DNA from: Oscillospiraceae bacterium | GTDB taxonomy: Bacteria; Bacillota; Clostridia; Oscillospirales; Oscillospiraceae | Direction of reading: 5' to 3' | DNA: 64,000 nt | Assembly: GCA_050943775.1 (NCBI GenBank) | Contig: JBMNPV010000002.1 | Coordinates: forward strand, 1,132 to 65,131 | Part shown: in pieces, positions 1-6,560 of the stretch | How the letters are laid out: each line of letters opens with the position of its first letter | How positions within the stretch are numbered: position 1 is the first letter of the stretch | Position numbers and translations under genes: made by a program | The notes under the pieces: generated by a model | What the model saw: only the letters and a program-made list of their open reading frames with translations | The model's database searches: none | What the model was told of the DNA's origin: nothing

Positions 1-658
1 TGCCCGAAACCCCCTTTGACAGCACCGGAGAGCTCTCCGGCTCAACAGCCACAATGCGGACTTTCGGATTTTTGGATTTGAGATATTCACCGACGCCGGT
101 GATCGTGCCGCCGGTGCCAACGCCCGCAACGAAGACGTCGACCGCGCCGTCGGTGTCCTCCCAAATTTCAGGGCCGGTGGTCGCGCGGTGGACAGCGGGG
201 TTCGCGGGGTTTTCAAATTGGCCGGGAATGTAGCTGTTCGGCGTCGTTTCGTGCAGTTCCTTTGCCTTTGCGATGGCGCCCTTCATGCCCTTTGCGCCCT
301 CGGTGAGGACCAGCTCCGCACCGTAGCCGCGCATCAGCTTTCTGCGCTCAACGGACATGGTCTCCGGCATGACAATGATGATGCGGTAGCCGCGCGCCGC
401 CGCAACGGCGGCAAGGCCGATGCCGGTGTTTCCGGAGGTCGGTTCAATGATCGTACTGCCGGGTTTCAGGAGACCTTTCTCCTCCGCGTCGTCGATCATG
501 GCTTTCGCAATGCGGTCCTTAACGGAGCCGGCGGGGTTGAAATATTCGAGCTTTGCAAGGACCCGCGCATCGAGGCCCTCGTCCTTTTCCAGATGGGTCA
601 GCTCCAGAAGCGGCGTTTTGCCGATGAGCTGGTCCGCGGATGTATAGATGTTCGGCAT
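1..658 (-). CDS. cysK: cysteine synthase A / O-acetylserine sulfhydrylase; N-terminal ~219 codons only, C-terminus lies beyond the window start
   Basis: Absent from the ORF track because it runs off the edge. My reverse-strand translation from ATG at 658 reads [51 protein letters not shown]...[14 protein letters not shown]... These are the PLP-lysine (SVKDR) and TSGNTG loops of the CysK family. A GGAG RBS lies 8 nt upstream. The + strand ORF 188..787 is its antisense shadow. Confidence 0.9.
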   Translation of the reverse strand, partial: MPNIYTSADQLIGKTPLLELTHLEKDEGLDARVLAKLEYFNPAGSVKDRIAKAMIDDAEEKGLLKPGSTIIEPTSGNTGIGLAAVAAARGYRIIIVMPETMSVERRKLMRGYGAELVLTEGAKGMKGAIAKAKELHETTPNSYIPGQFENPANPAVHRATTGPEIWEDTDGAVDVFVAGVGTGGTITGVGEYLKSKNPKVRIVAVEPESSPVLSKGVSG

Positions 659-702
659 GATTTTATCTCCTTTTCAAAATACATAGGGTTTGGTTTCGGC
701 CT

Positions 703-765
703 TCAGCAGTTCCCTTCCGGACATCGGAAACCGGGTTTTGTTATCGAAAAGAAATCTATCATCAT
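703..765 (-). CDS. candidate 20-aa micro-ORF / leader peptide (MMIDFFSITKPGFRCPEGNC) between metY and cysK
   Basis: AGGAGG (776..771), a 5-nt spacer, then ATG at 765 and TGA at 705..703. It lies immediately after the metY stop and 44 nt before the cysK ATG. No homology evidence is possible here. Confidence 0.3.
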   Translation of the reverse strand: MMIDFFSITKPGFRCPEGNC

Positions 766-779
766 AGCTGCCTCCTATT

Positions 780-2069
780 TCACTTGACGGCGTCAAAGCC
801 GCGGTCAAGGTCTTTCAGAATGTCATCAATGTGCTCGGTTCCGATAGACAAGCGCACCGTATTCGGACGGATACCGCAGGCCAGAAGCTCGTCTTCCGAA
901 AGCTGAGAGTGCGTTGTGGAGGCCGGGTGGATCACGAGAGATTTCACATCCGCGACGTTCGCGAGCAGGGAAAACAGTGTCAGGCTCTCGGTGAACTTCC
1001 GGGCCTCTTCGGCGCCGCCCTTGATGTCAAAGGTGAAGATCGACGCGCCGCCGTGCGGAAAATAGCGGTCATAGAGCTCTTTTTGCTTGCCTCCGGCGAG
1101 GGACGGGTGATTGACTCTCTCGACCTGCGGGTGATTTTTGAGATAGTTCACGACTTTCAGCGCATTCTCCACATGCCGCTCGACCCGTAGGAAGAGCGTT
1201 TCCGTTCCCTGCAAAAGCAAAAAGGAGTTGAACGGCGAGATGGTCGCGCCCTGATCGCGCATGAGCGTTGTGCGGATTTTCGTGAGATATGCGAGGTTTC
1301 CACAGGCCTCTGTGAAAACGAGGCCGTGGTAGGCCGGGTTCGGCTCCGAGAGGCCGGGGAATCTGCCCCCCGCCGTCCAGTCGAATTTGCCGCTGTCCAC
1401 GATCACGCCGCCCATGACCGTGCCGTGGCCACCGATGAACTTTGTCGCCGAGTGGATGACGATGTCCGCTCCATGCTCGATCGGTCGCAGCAGGCAGGGC
1501 GTTGCAAACGTGTTGTCTACAACAAGCGGAATACCGTGGCGGTGCGCAATGGCGGCGACCGCCTCAATGTCGATGACGTCTGAGTTCGGGTTGCCGAGCG
1601 TCTCGGCGTAGAGGAGCTTCGTGTCGGGCTCTATGGCCTTTTCAAAGTTTTCGGGGTCGGCAGGATCGACGAAAGTCGTCTTAATTCCCAGCTCAGCGTA
1701 GGTGTGGGCAAAGAGGTTATAGGTCCCGCCATAGAGATTTGCGGAGGAAACAATGTGGTCACCGCTGCGGGTGATGTTGCGAACCGCAAGGTCAATGGCC
1801 GCAGAGCCGGTGGCCGTGGCAAGTGCCGCCGCGCCCCCCTCCAGTGCCGCGATACGTTTTTCAAAAACATCGGAGGTCGGGTTCATGAGCCGGGTGTAAA
1901 TGTTGCCCTCCTCGCGCAGTCCAAATCGGCCGGCTGCCTGCGCGGCATCGCGAAAGACATACGAAGTGGTGGCATAGATGGGAACCGCACGGGAATCGGT
2001 CGCCGGGTCCGGCGTTTCCTGTCCGGCATGGAGCGCAAGAGTCTCAAAATGATAACGGTTTTCTGGCAT
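780..2069 (-). CDS. metY: O-acetylhomoserine (thiol)-lyase / O-acetylhomoserine aminocarboxypropyltransferase (PLP, Cys/Met metabolism family)
   Basis: 429-aa ORF. The N-terminus HFETLALHAGQ..., IYTRLMNPT and SATKFIGGHG (PLP-lysine region) are typical of MetY/CysD. Confidence 0.9.
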   Translation of the reverse strand: MPENRYHFETLALHAGQETPDPATDSRAVPIYATTSYVFRDAAQAAGRFGLREEGNIYTRLMNPTSDVFEKRIAALEGGAAALATATGSAAIDLAVRNITRSGDHIVSSANLYGGTYNLFAHTYAELGIKTTFVDPADPENFEKAIEPDTKLLYAETLGNPNSDVIDIEAVAAIAHRHGIPLVVDNTFATPCLLRPIEHGADIVIHSATKFIGGHGTVMGGVIVDSGKFDWTAGGRFPGLSEPNPAYHGLVFTEACGNLAYLTKIRTTLMRDQGATISPFNSFLLLQGTETLFLRVERHVENALKVVNYLKNHPQVERVNHPSLAGGKQKELYDRYFPHGGASIFTFDIKGGAEEARKFTESLTLFSLLANVADVKSLVIHPASTTHSQLSEDELLACGIRPNTVRLSIGTEHIDDILKDLDRGFDAVK

Positions 2070-2202
2070 TGGAATGTTCCTTTCTTTTCAGACGTTTTCA
2101 TTTTTCTTTCTCGGAAGAAAAGCACATTCGTCCGAATCGAAAGTTAATCCGCAGCAACTGTTCAAACAACAGTCCCATCCGGTTCTCCCCTTTCACGTTC
2201 TT
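2070..2202 (-). promoter_or_regulatory. ~133-nt metY 5' leader with alternative pairings that can sequester the SD; class unknown (not S-box, not T-box)
   Basis: Minus-strand segment GAAUGUGCUUUUCUU (2129..2115) pairs with AAGAAAGGAACAUUC (2086..2072, covering the SD up to 3 nt before the AUG). That gives 13 Watson-Crick pairs, 1 GU and 1 mismatch out of 15. The same pyrimidine tract can instead pair with GGGGAGAA (2190..2183) or GAGAAAGAAAAA (2112..2101). Confidence 0.4.
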
Positions 2203-2208
2203 GACTGG

Positions 2209-2237
2209 ATTATAGTTTCTTTCTCCTAGTATGTCAA
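2209..2237 (-). promoter_or_regulatory. sigma-70-type promoter of metY (TTGACA-N17-TATAAT)
   Basis: The minus strand reads TTGACA (2237..2232), a 17-nt spacer, then TATAAT (2214..2209). Both hexamers are perfect consensus. Confidence 0.7.
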
Positions 2238-2393
2238 TAGGATTACCGTAATTTTATTTTCTTTTTCTCTTTGCTCAATTACAGCGTGCCCTTCTCCCCT
2301 TCTTTTTAGTATGAATATACAAACGGACAGACCGGATCTGCCGGGCTGTGCTTTCGAGGGATAGTTCAGCTGTCCTGTTGGTAAGCAGCGAAT

Positions 2394-2425
2394 AAGGCCG
2401 CGGCAGTTTTGCCTGCCGCGGCCTT
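2394..2425 (-). terminator. hairpin terminator after citrate synthase
   Basis: Perfect 13-bp inverted repeat aaggccgcggcag / ctgccgcggcctt with a 6-nt loop, 13 nt after the stop at 2438. The U-tract on the minus strand is only moderate (UUAUUCGCUGCUU). Confidence 0.6.
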
Positions 2426-2437
2426 AAAAGTTTTCTT

Positions 2438-3808
2438 TTATCTGTTCTCAAGCTCGATGTAGTCTTTGTGGGCAATGACCTCTTTATAAGCGGGACGGAT
2501 GATCTTATCCACGTTAATGAGTTCATCGATACGGTGGGCACTCCAGCCGACGATTCGCGCCATTGCAAAGATCGGCGTATAGAGTTCAACCGGGATTCCG
2601 AGCATGCTATAAACAAAGCCGGAATAATAATCGACGTTGGGGCTCACGCCCTTATAGATGTGGCGCTTCGCGCCGATGATCTCCGGCGCCATGCGTTCGA
2701 TCATGCTGTAGAGCGCCAGTGTGTCCTCCTGATGCTTCTCGATGGCCAGCAGTTCAACAAACTGTTTGAACACGCGCTCGCGCGGGTCGGAGATCGAGTA
2801 GACCGCATGGCCGACGCCGTAGATGAGGCCTTTTTTATCGAACGCATGCTTGTCCACGATTTTTTCAAGGTAGGCGCGGACCTCGTCCTCGTCCTTCTGG
2901 TCGCGAACATTCTCACGGATGTTCTGCATCATGTTCATGACCTTTATGTTTGCACCGCCGTGCTTCGGACCCTTGAGAGAAGCCAGCGCCGCCGCCATGG
3001 TGGAATAGGTGTCGCTGCCGGAGGAGGTCACAACGCGGGTCGTAAAGGTCGAGTTGTTGCCGCCGCCGTGTTCCATGTGCAGCACAAGGGCTACGTCAAG
3101 GACCTCGGCCTCCAGCTCTGTGTATTTTTTGTCCGGACGAAGCATCATAAGTATGTTCTCTGCCGGAGAGAGCAGCGGGTTCGGGCGGTGGATATACATG
3201 CTCTCGTCGTCCAGATAGTGGCTATAGGCATGGTAGCCATAGACGCCCAGCTGCGGGAAGACGCTGATGAGATACAGACACTGACGAATGACATTTTCGA
3301 TCGAGGTGTCGTCTGCTCGCTCATCATACGCGGCAAGCGTCAGAACGCTCTTCATCATCGAGTTCATAATGTCCGGGCTTGGGGCTTTCATAATGACGTC
3401 GCGCGTAAAGTTTTTGGGCAGCCAGCGGCTCTCGTTGAGCGTATCTTCAAATTCCGCAAGGCTTGCCGCGTCGGGCAAGTCTCCGAAGAGCAGAAGATAG
3501 GCGGCTTCATTAAATCCAAAGCGCTGCGTTGCAAAACCTTTCACCAGGTCAATGACGTTGTAGCCTCTGTAGTAGAGCTGACCATCACAGGGAATCTTCG
3601 CACCTGTCTCGTCGCGCAGAAATGCACCGTTCTCATCTTTCTGGAAAGCGGTAATTTCCGAGATCGTGTTGATACCGGCAAGGACTCCCTCGCCGGTTTT
3701 GTCACGCAAACCGCGCTTGACGCCAAATTTATCAAACAAGGCCGGGTCAAACCTGTCTGCGCTGACGCACAGGTCTTTCTGTGTGTATGCGTATAATTCA
3801 GGGTTCAT
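2438..3808 (-). CDS. citrate synthase
   Basis: 456-aa ORF with the citrate synthase signatures GHAVYSISDPRE and MEHGGGNNSTF. GGAAAGGAAG RBS. The 442-aa + strand ORF 2468..3796 is an antisense shadow. Confidence 0.9.
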   Translation of the reverse strand: MNPELYAYTQKDLCVSADRFDPALFDKFGVKRGLRDKTGEGVLAGINTISEITAFQKDENGAFLRDETGAKIPCDGQLYYRGYNVIDLVKGFATQRFGFNEAAYLLLFGDLPDAASLAEFEDTLNESRWLPKNFTRDVIMKAPSPDIMNSMMKSVLTLAAYDERADDTSIENVIRQCLYLISVFPQLGVYGYHAYSHYLDDESMYIHRPNPLLSPAENILMMLRPDKKYTELEAEVLDVALVLHMEHGGGNNSTFTTRVVTSSGSDTYSTMAAALASLKGPKHGGANIKVMNMMQNIRENVRDQKDEDEVRAYLEKIVDKHAFDKKGLIYGVGHAVYSISDPRERVFKQFVELLAIEKHQEDTLALYSMIERMAPEIIGAKRHIYKGVSPNVDYYSGFVYSMLGIPVELYTPIFAMARIVGWSAHRIDELINVDKIIRPAYKEVIAHKDYIELENR

Positions 3809-4044
3809 AGACTTCCTTTCCAGCCAGTGCCGCGCACATTTCTGCGCGCAGCAGAATTCATCTTCACCTTCTGCATTTTTTTAATTCATTACTGAGTTTC
3901 TATCAGAAACTCTGAAAAAAGTCAAGGGACAGAATGTTAATAATACGGTAATAGATACACTTTTTACAACTTGCGCCCCCCACGGCATTCTGCTATACTG
4001 GGCGCGTCGACAAATTATGACACGGCAGGGAGGAATGCGGTCCG

Positions 4045-4695
4045 ATGATAAACACCGTCATCTTTGATCTGGACGGAACACTGCTCAATACGCTGGCGGA
4101 CCTGACGGACGCCGTGAACGCAGCGTTCCGGCGCTTTGGCTATCGGGAGCGTACGGAGCGGGAGTGTGCCTCCTTTTTGGGCCACGGCTTCGACGAACTC
4201 ATTTCAAAAGCCCTGCCGGACGGTGTGGAGGACACGCGCAAAGCGGAGGTCACAAGCGCGTTTCGCGACTACTACATGGCGCACAACGCGGAAAAAACGC
4301 AGCTTTACAGCGGAATTTCGGAACTTCTGGATCTACTCAACGCAAAAGGCTTTCGCATTGCAGTCGTTTCCAACAAGGGCGACGAAGCCGTCCGCGCGCT
4401 CGCAGCGGATTATTTCCCGGGAAAGGCCGCTGTCGTTGTCGGAGAGCGCGAGGGCGTTCGAAAAAAGCCGGCGCCGGACGCTGTAAACGAGGCTTTGCGT
4501 ACACTGGGTGCGGAGAGAACGCAGGCTGTTTATGTCGGCGACTCGGAGGTCGACGCGGAAACGGCGCAGAATGCCGCTCTCCCCTGTATTTTAGTTTCAT
4601 GGGGCTATCGTGAGCGCGCCTTTCTTGAAACGCTGGATGCAGCCGCGATCATTGATGCTCCCGCAGAGTTGCCCGCTGTTCTGGAGCGCCTGTGA
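4045..4695 (+). CDS. HAD-superfamily hydrolase, phosphoglycolate phosphatase-like
   Basis: 216 aa. HAD motif I FDLDGTLLNT at the N-terminus, motif III/IV region VYVGDSEVD. GGGAGGA lies upstream. Confidence 0.85.
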   Translation: MINTVIFDLDGTLLNTLADLTDAVNAAFRRFGYRERTERECASFLGHGFDELISKALPDGVEDTRKAEVTSAFRDYYMAHNAEKTQLYSGISELLDLLNAKGFRIAVVSNKGDEAVRALAADYFPGKAAVVVGEREGVRKKPAPDAVNEALRTLGAERTQAVYVGDSEVDAETAQNAALPCILVSWGYRERAFLETLDAAAIIDAPAELPAVLERL

Positions 4696-4745
4696 CAGTA
4701 TGGCTTTTTTTGCGCGAAAACCATCAAAAAAGTGCGGTTCAGGTA

Positions 4746-4774
4746 TTGACAGATTAGAGGTTCTTTAGTATAAT
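4746..4774 (+). promoter_or_regulatory. sigma-70-type promoter of the tRNA operon (TTGACA-N17-TATAAT)
   Basis: TTGACA 4746..4751, 17-nt spacer, TATAAT 4769..4774. It sits 34 nt upstream of tRNA-Met. Confidence 0.7.
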
Positions 4775-4807
4775 ACCCCTTGCCTGTTCGACAGAGCAGC
4801 AAGATAT

Positions 4808-4884
4808 GGCGGCGTAGCTCAGTTGGCTAGAGCATTCGGTTCATACCCGGAGTGTCATTGGTTCGAATCCAATCGCCGCTACCA
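4808..4884 (+). tRNA. tRNA-Met (anticodon CAU), elongator type, CCA encoded
   Basis: Cloverleaf read by eye: acceptor GGCGGCG/CGCCGCU, D-arm TAGCTCAGTTGGCTAGAGC, anticodon loop TTCATAC, T-arm ATTGG-TTCGAAT-CCAAT, 3' ACCA. It lacks the initiator features and resembles Firmicute elongator tRNA-Met rather than tRNA-Ile2. Confidence 0.9.
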
Positions 4885-4951
4885 CCCCGCGAAGGTCTCC
4901 GGCTTTCGCGGGGCAGCTTTCCGGTGTTTTCCGGCATCGACAAACCAATAT

Positions 4952-5026
4952 GGCCCGTTGGTCAAGTGGTTAAGACACCGCCCTTTCACGGCGGTAACAT
5001 GGGTTCGAATCCCGTACGGGTCACCA
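4952..5026 (+). tRNA. tRNA-Glu (anticodon UUC), CCA encoded
   Basis: GGCCCGTTGGTCAAGTGGTTAAGACACCGCCCTTTCACGGCGG...GGTTCGAATCCCGTACGGGTCACCA. Anticodon loop CTTTCAC. Confidence 0.9.
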
Positions 5027-5203
5027 CGCTAGAGCTTGCCGCATTTACCTGGCTTTCGGCAAAAGTTGCATATCGTTGCTCCTCATCTTCACCACAAAGC
5101 AAGCTTTTGCAGAGGTAAAGAGAGCGAAAGTTCTCAGCTTCGAAATTCGCCCTATGGCGAGGCGCCGCGGGCGTCAGCTGTGAGGGCGAATTTCTTTATA
5201 CCC

Positions 5204-5280
5204 GGAGGCTTAGCTCAGCTGGTTAGAGCGCACGCCTCACACGCGTGAGGTCGACGGTTCGAGCCCGTCAGTCTCCACCA
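5204..5280 (+). tRNA. tRNA-Val (anticodon CAC), CCA encoded
   Basis: GGAGGCTTAGCTCAGCTGGTTAGAGCGCACGCCTCACACGCGTGAGGTCGACGGTTCGAGCCCGTCAGTCTCCACCA. Anticodon loop CTCACAC. Confidence 0.9.
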
Positions 5281-5289
5281 CATCAACGG

Positions 5290-5334
5290 AATCCGGACCC
5301 TTTACCGATTGGTAAAGGGTCCGGATTTGTTTTT
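5290..5334 (+). terminator. intrinsic terminator of the tRNA operon
   Basis: Perfect 17-bp stem aatccggaccctttacc / ggtaaagggtccggatt with loop gatt, followed by tgttttt. Confidence 0.9.
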
Positions 5335-5490
5335 ATCAAGAGTCTGATTCAGACACAGCTCACAAGCTGGCAGGTGGTCGTTTCTATCGCAGTGACACAT
5401 ACAAAAAGGGCTGCACAAAAAACCGACAAAAAAGCGGATGTATTCGATGCTAAGCGCCTGTTCCCGTTGTTGGGCGTGCCGCTCCGAATA

Positions 5491-5538
5491 AAAATAAAAA
5501 GAGAAGCGCTTGCTTTTCAGTAAGCGCTTCTCTTTTTT
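5491..5538. terminator. bidirectional intrinsic terminator (serves the sugar ABC operon on the minus strand)
   Basis: 12-bp stem agagaagcgctt / aagcgcttctct (5500..5533), flanked by an A-run on the left and a T-run on the right. Confidence 0.8.
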
Positions 5539-5593
5539 CGTTGCGGTGGCAAGGCAGCGTTTGCCCGCCCCGCTTATGTTCTGCGCAAACGCG

Positions 5594-6559
5594 TTACGCT
5601 TTCTCCTGCGCGCGTCTCTGGCTGATCGCATCGATCAGGACCGCGACAAAGATGATAAGGCCCTGCGCGAATTTGGACCAGAACGGCGAGACATTCAAAA
5701 GGTTCAGGCCGTTGTTGAGAACGCCGATGATGAGGACTCCGATAAAGGTCCCCAGCATATTTCCCTTGCCGCCTGCGAGTGAGCCGCCGCCAATGACAAT
5801 GGCGGAAATTGCGCTGAACTCAAGTCCATCGGCAGCATCCGGGACCGCCGCACCGAGCCGTCCGGTGATGACGAGCGCGGCAAGCGCCGTCATGCCGCCG
5901 GCGATCGTATAGGTGATACGCTCCACCCTTTTTACGTTGATACCCGCAAGATACGCCGCCTCCCGGTTTCCGCCGACGGCGTAGACCTCATGGCCAAACG
6001 TGGTCTTTGAAAGCACAAAATGGGAAACCAAAAACAGGACGATGACCAGAATGACCGGGACAGGAATGCTGCCGATCATGCCGCCGCCAACCACATTGAA
6101 GCTCTCCGGCATTCCGTAGATCGTGGTTCCCTGCGAATAGACCAGTGCAAGTCCTCTCAGCATAGACTGCATCGCCAGCGTGACAATAAAGGCAGTCAGC
6201 CGCAGTTTCGTGACGCTCAGACCGATCAGATAGCCGAGTCCGATACCGATCAGGATACCGAGTCCAGTCGCCGCCGGCACGGGCATACCGTTGTCCACAC
6301 AGAAGCCTGCCATCAAAAGACCGATAAAGGCTGCCATGGAACCGGCTGAAAGGTCAATGCCACCTGTCAGAATGACGAACAGTCCGCCAATGGAAACAAT
6401 GGCGATCGACGAGACCTGCAGCATCAGGTTCACAAAATTTCCCAGTGTCAGAAATCTGTCCGAGCTTATGCTAAAGAAAACGCAGAGTACGATCAGTCCC
6501 AAAAGTATCGACAAATTTCCGGATAACTCAAACTTTTTCTTCTTTTTGGCTTCTTCCAT
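5594..6559 (-). CDS. sugar ABC transporter permease (RbsC/BPD_transp_2 type)
   Basis: Polytopic membrane protein. I place the start at MEEAKKKKKFELSG (ATG 6559), one nt after the upstream ATPase stop and preceded by GGGGGAAAG. The ORF-track start at 6631 overlaps the ATPase gene. Confidence 0.85.
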   Translation of the reverse strand: MEEAKKKKKFELSGNLSILLGLIVLCVFFSISSDRFLTLGNFVNLMLQVSSIAIVSIGGLFVILTGGIDLSAGSMAAFIGLLMAGFCVDNGMPVPAATGLGILIGIGLGYLIGLSVTKLRLTAFIVTLAMQSMLRGLALVYSQGTTIYGMPESFNVVGGGMIGSIPVPVILVIVLFLVSHFVLSKTTFGHEVYAVGGNREAAYLAGINVKRVERITYTIAGGMTALAALVITGRLGAAVPDAADGLEFSAISAIVIGGGSLAGGKGNMLGTFIGVLIIGVLNNGLNLLNVSPFWSKFAQGLIIFVAVLIDAISQRRAQEKA

Positions 6560-6560
6560 C

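Noticed and set aside
188-787. 199-aa + strand ORF at the left edge
   Set aside because: It is antisense to a clear cysK reading frame (SVKDR and TSGNTG motifs on the minus strand). Its composition is Arg/Gly/Ala-rich and it has no RBS. It is a shadow ORF.
2070-2202. Expectation of a SAM-I (S-box) or Met T-box riboswitch in front of metY
   Set aside because: I could not find the conserved S-box core segments (GAGGGA, GCAACC, AGAUGAG-type closing helix) or a T-box sequence. The leader is also too short for a T-box. It is reported instead as an unclassified leader.
2468-3796. 442-aa + strand ORF spanning the citrate synthase locus
   Set aside because: It is the mirror image of a well-supported citrate synthase gene. 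Long antisense ORFs of this kind are expected in GC-rich coding DNA. The same reasoning applies to 10101..10811, 11237..12154, 11878..12696, 16054..17145, 17146..18099, 19349..20548, 21253..22422, 24408..25433, 25474..26754, 29800..30861, 31939..32958, 32715..33866, 34053..35675, 38701..39768, 43176..43931, 45746..46498, 47476..48186, 54163..55053, 56671..57480 and 61535..62476.
4823-5523. ORF-track entries overlapping the tRNA cluster (4823..5032, 4852..5118, 5036..5248, 5245..5523, 5302..5631)
   Set aside because: They overlap three clear tRNA genes, structured spacers and terminators. They have no RBS or coding bias.
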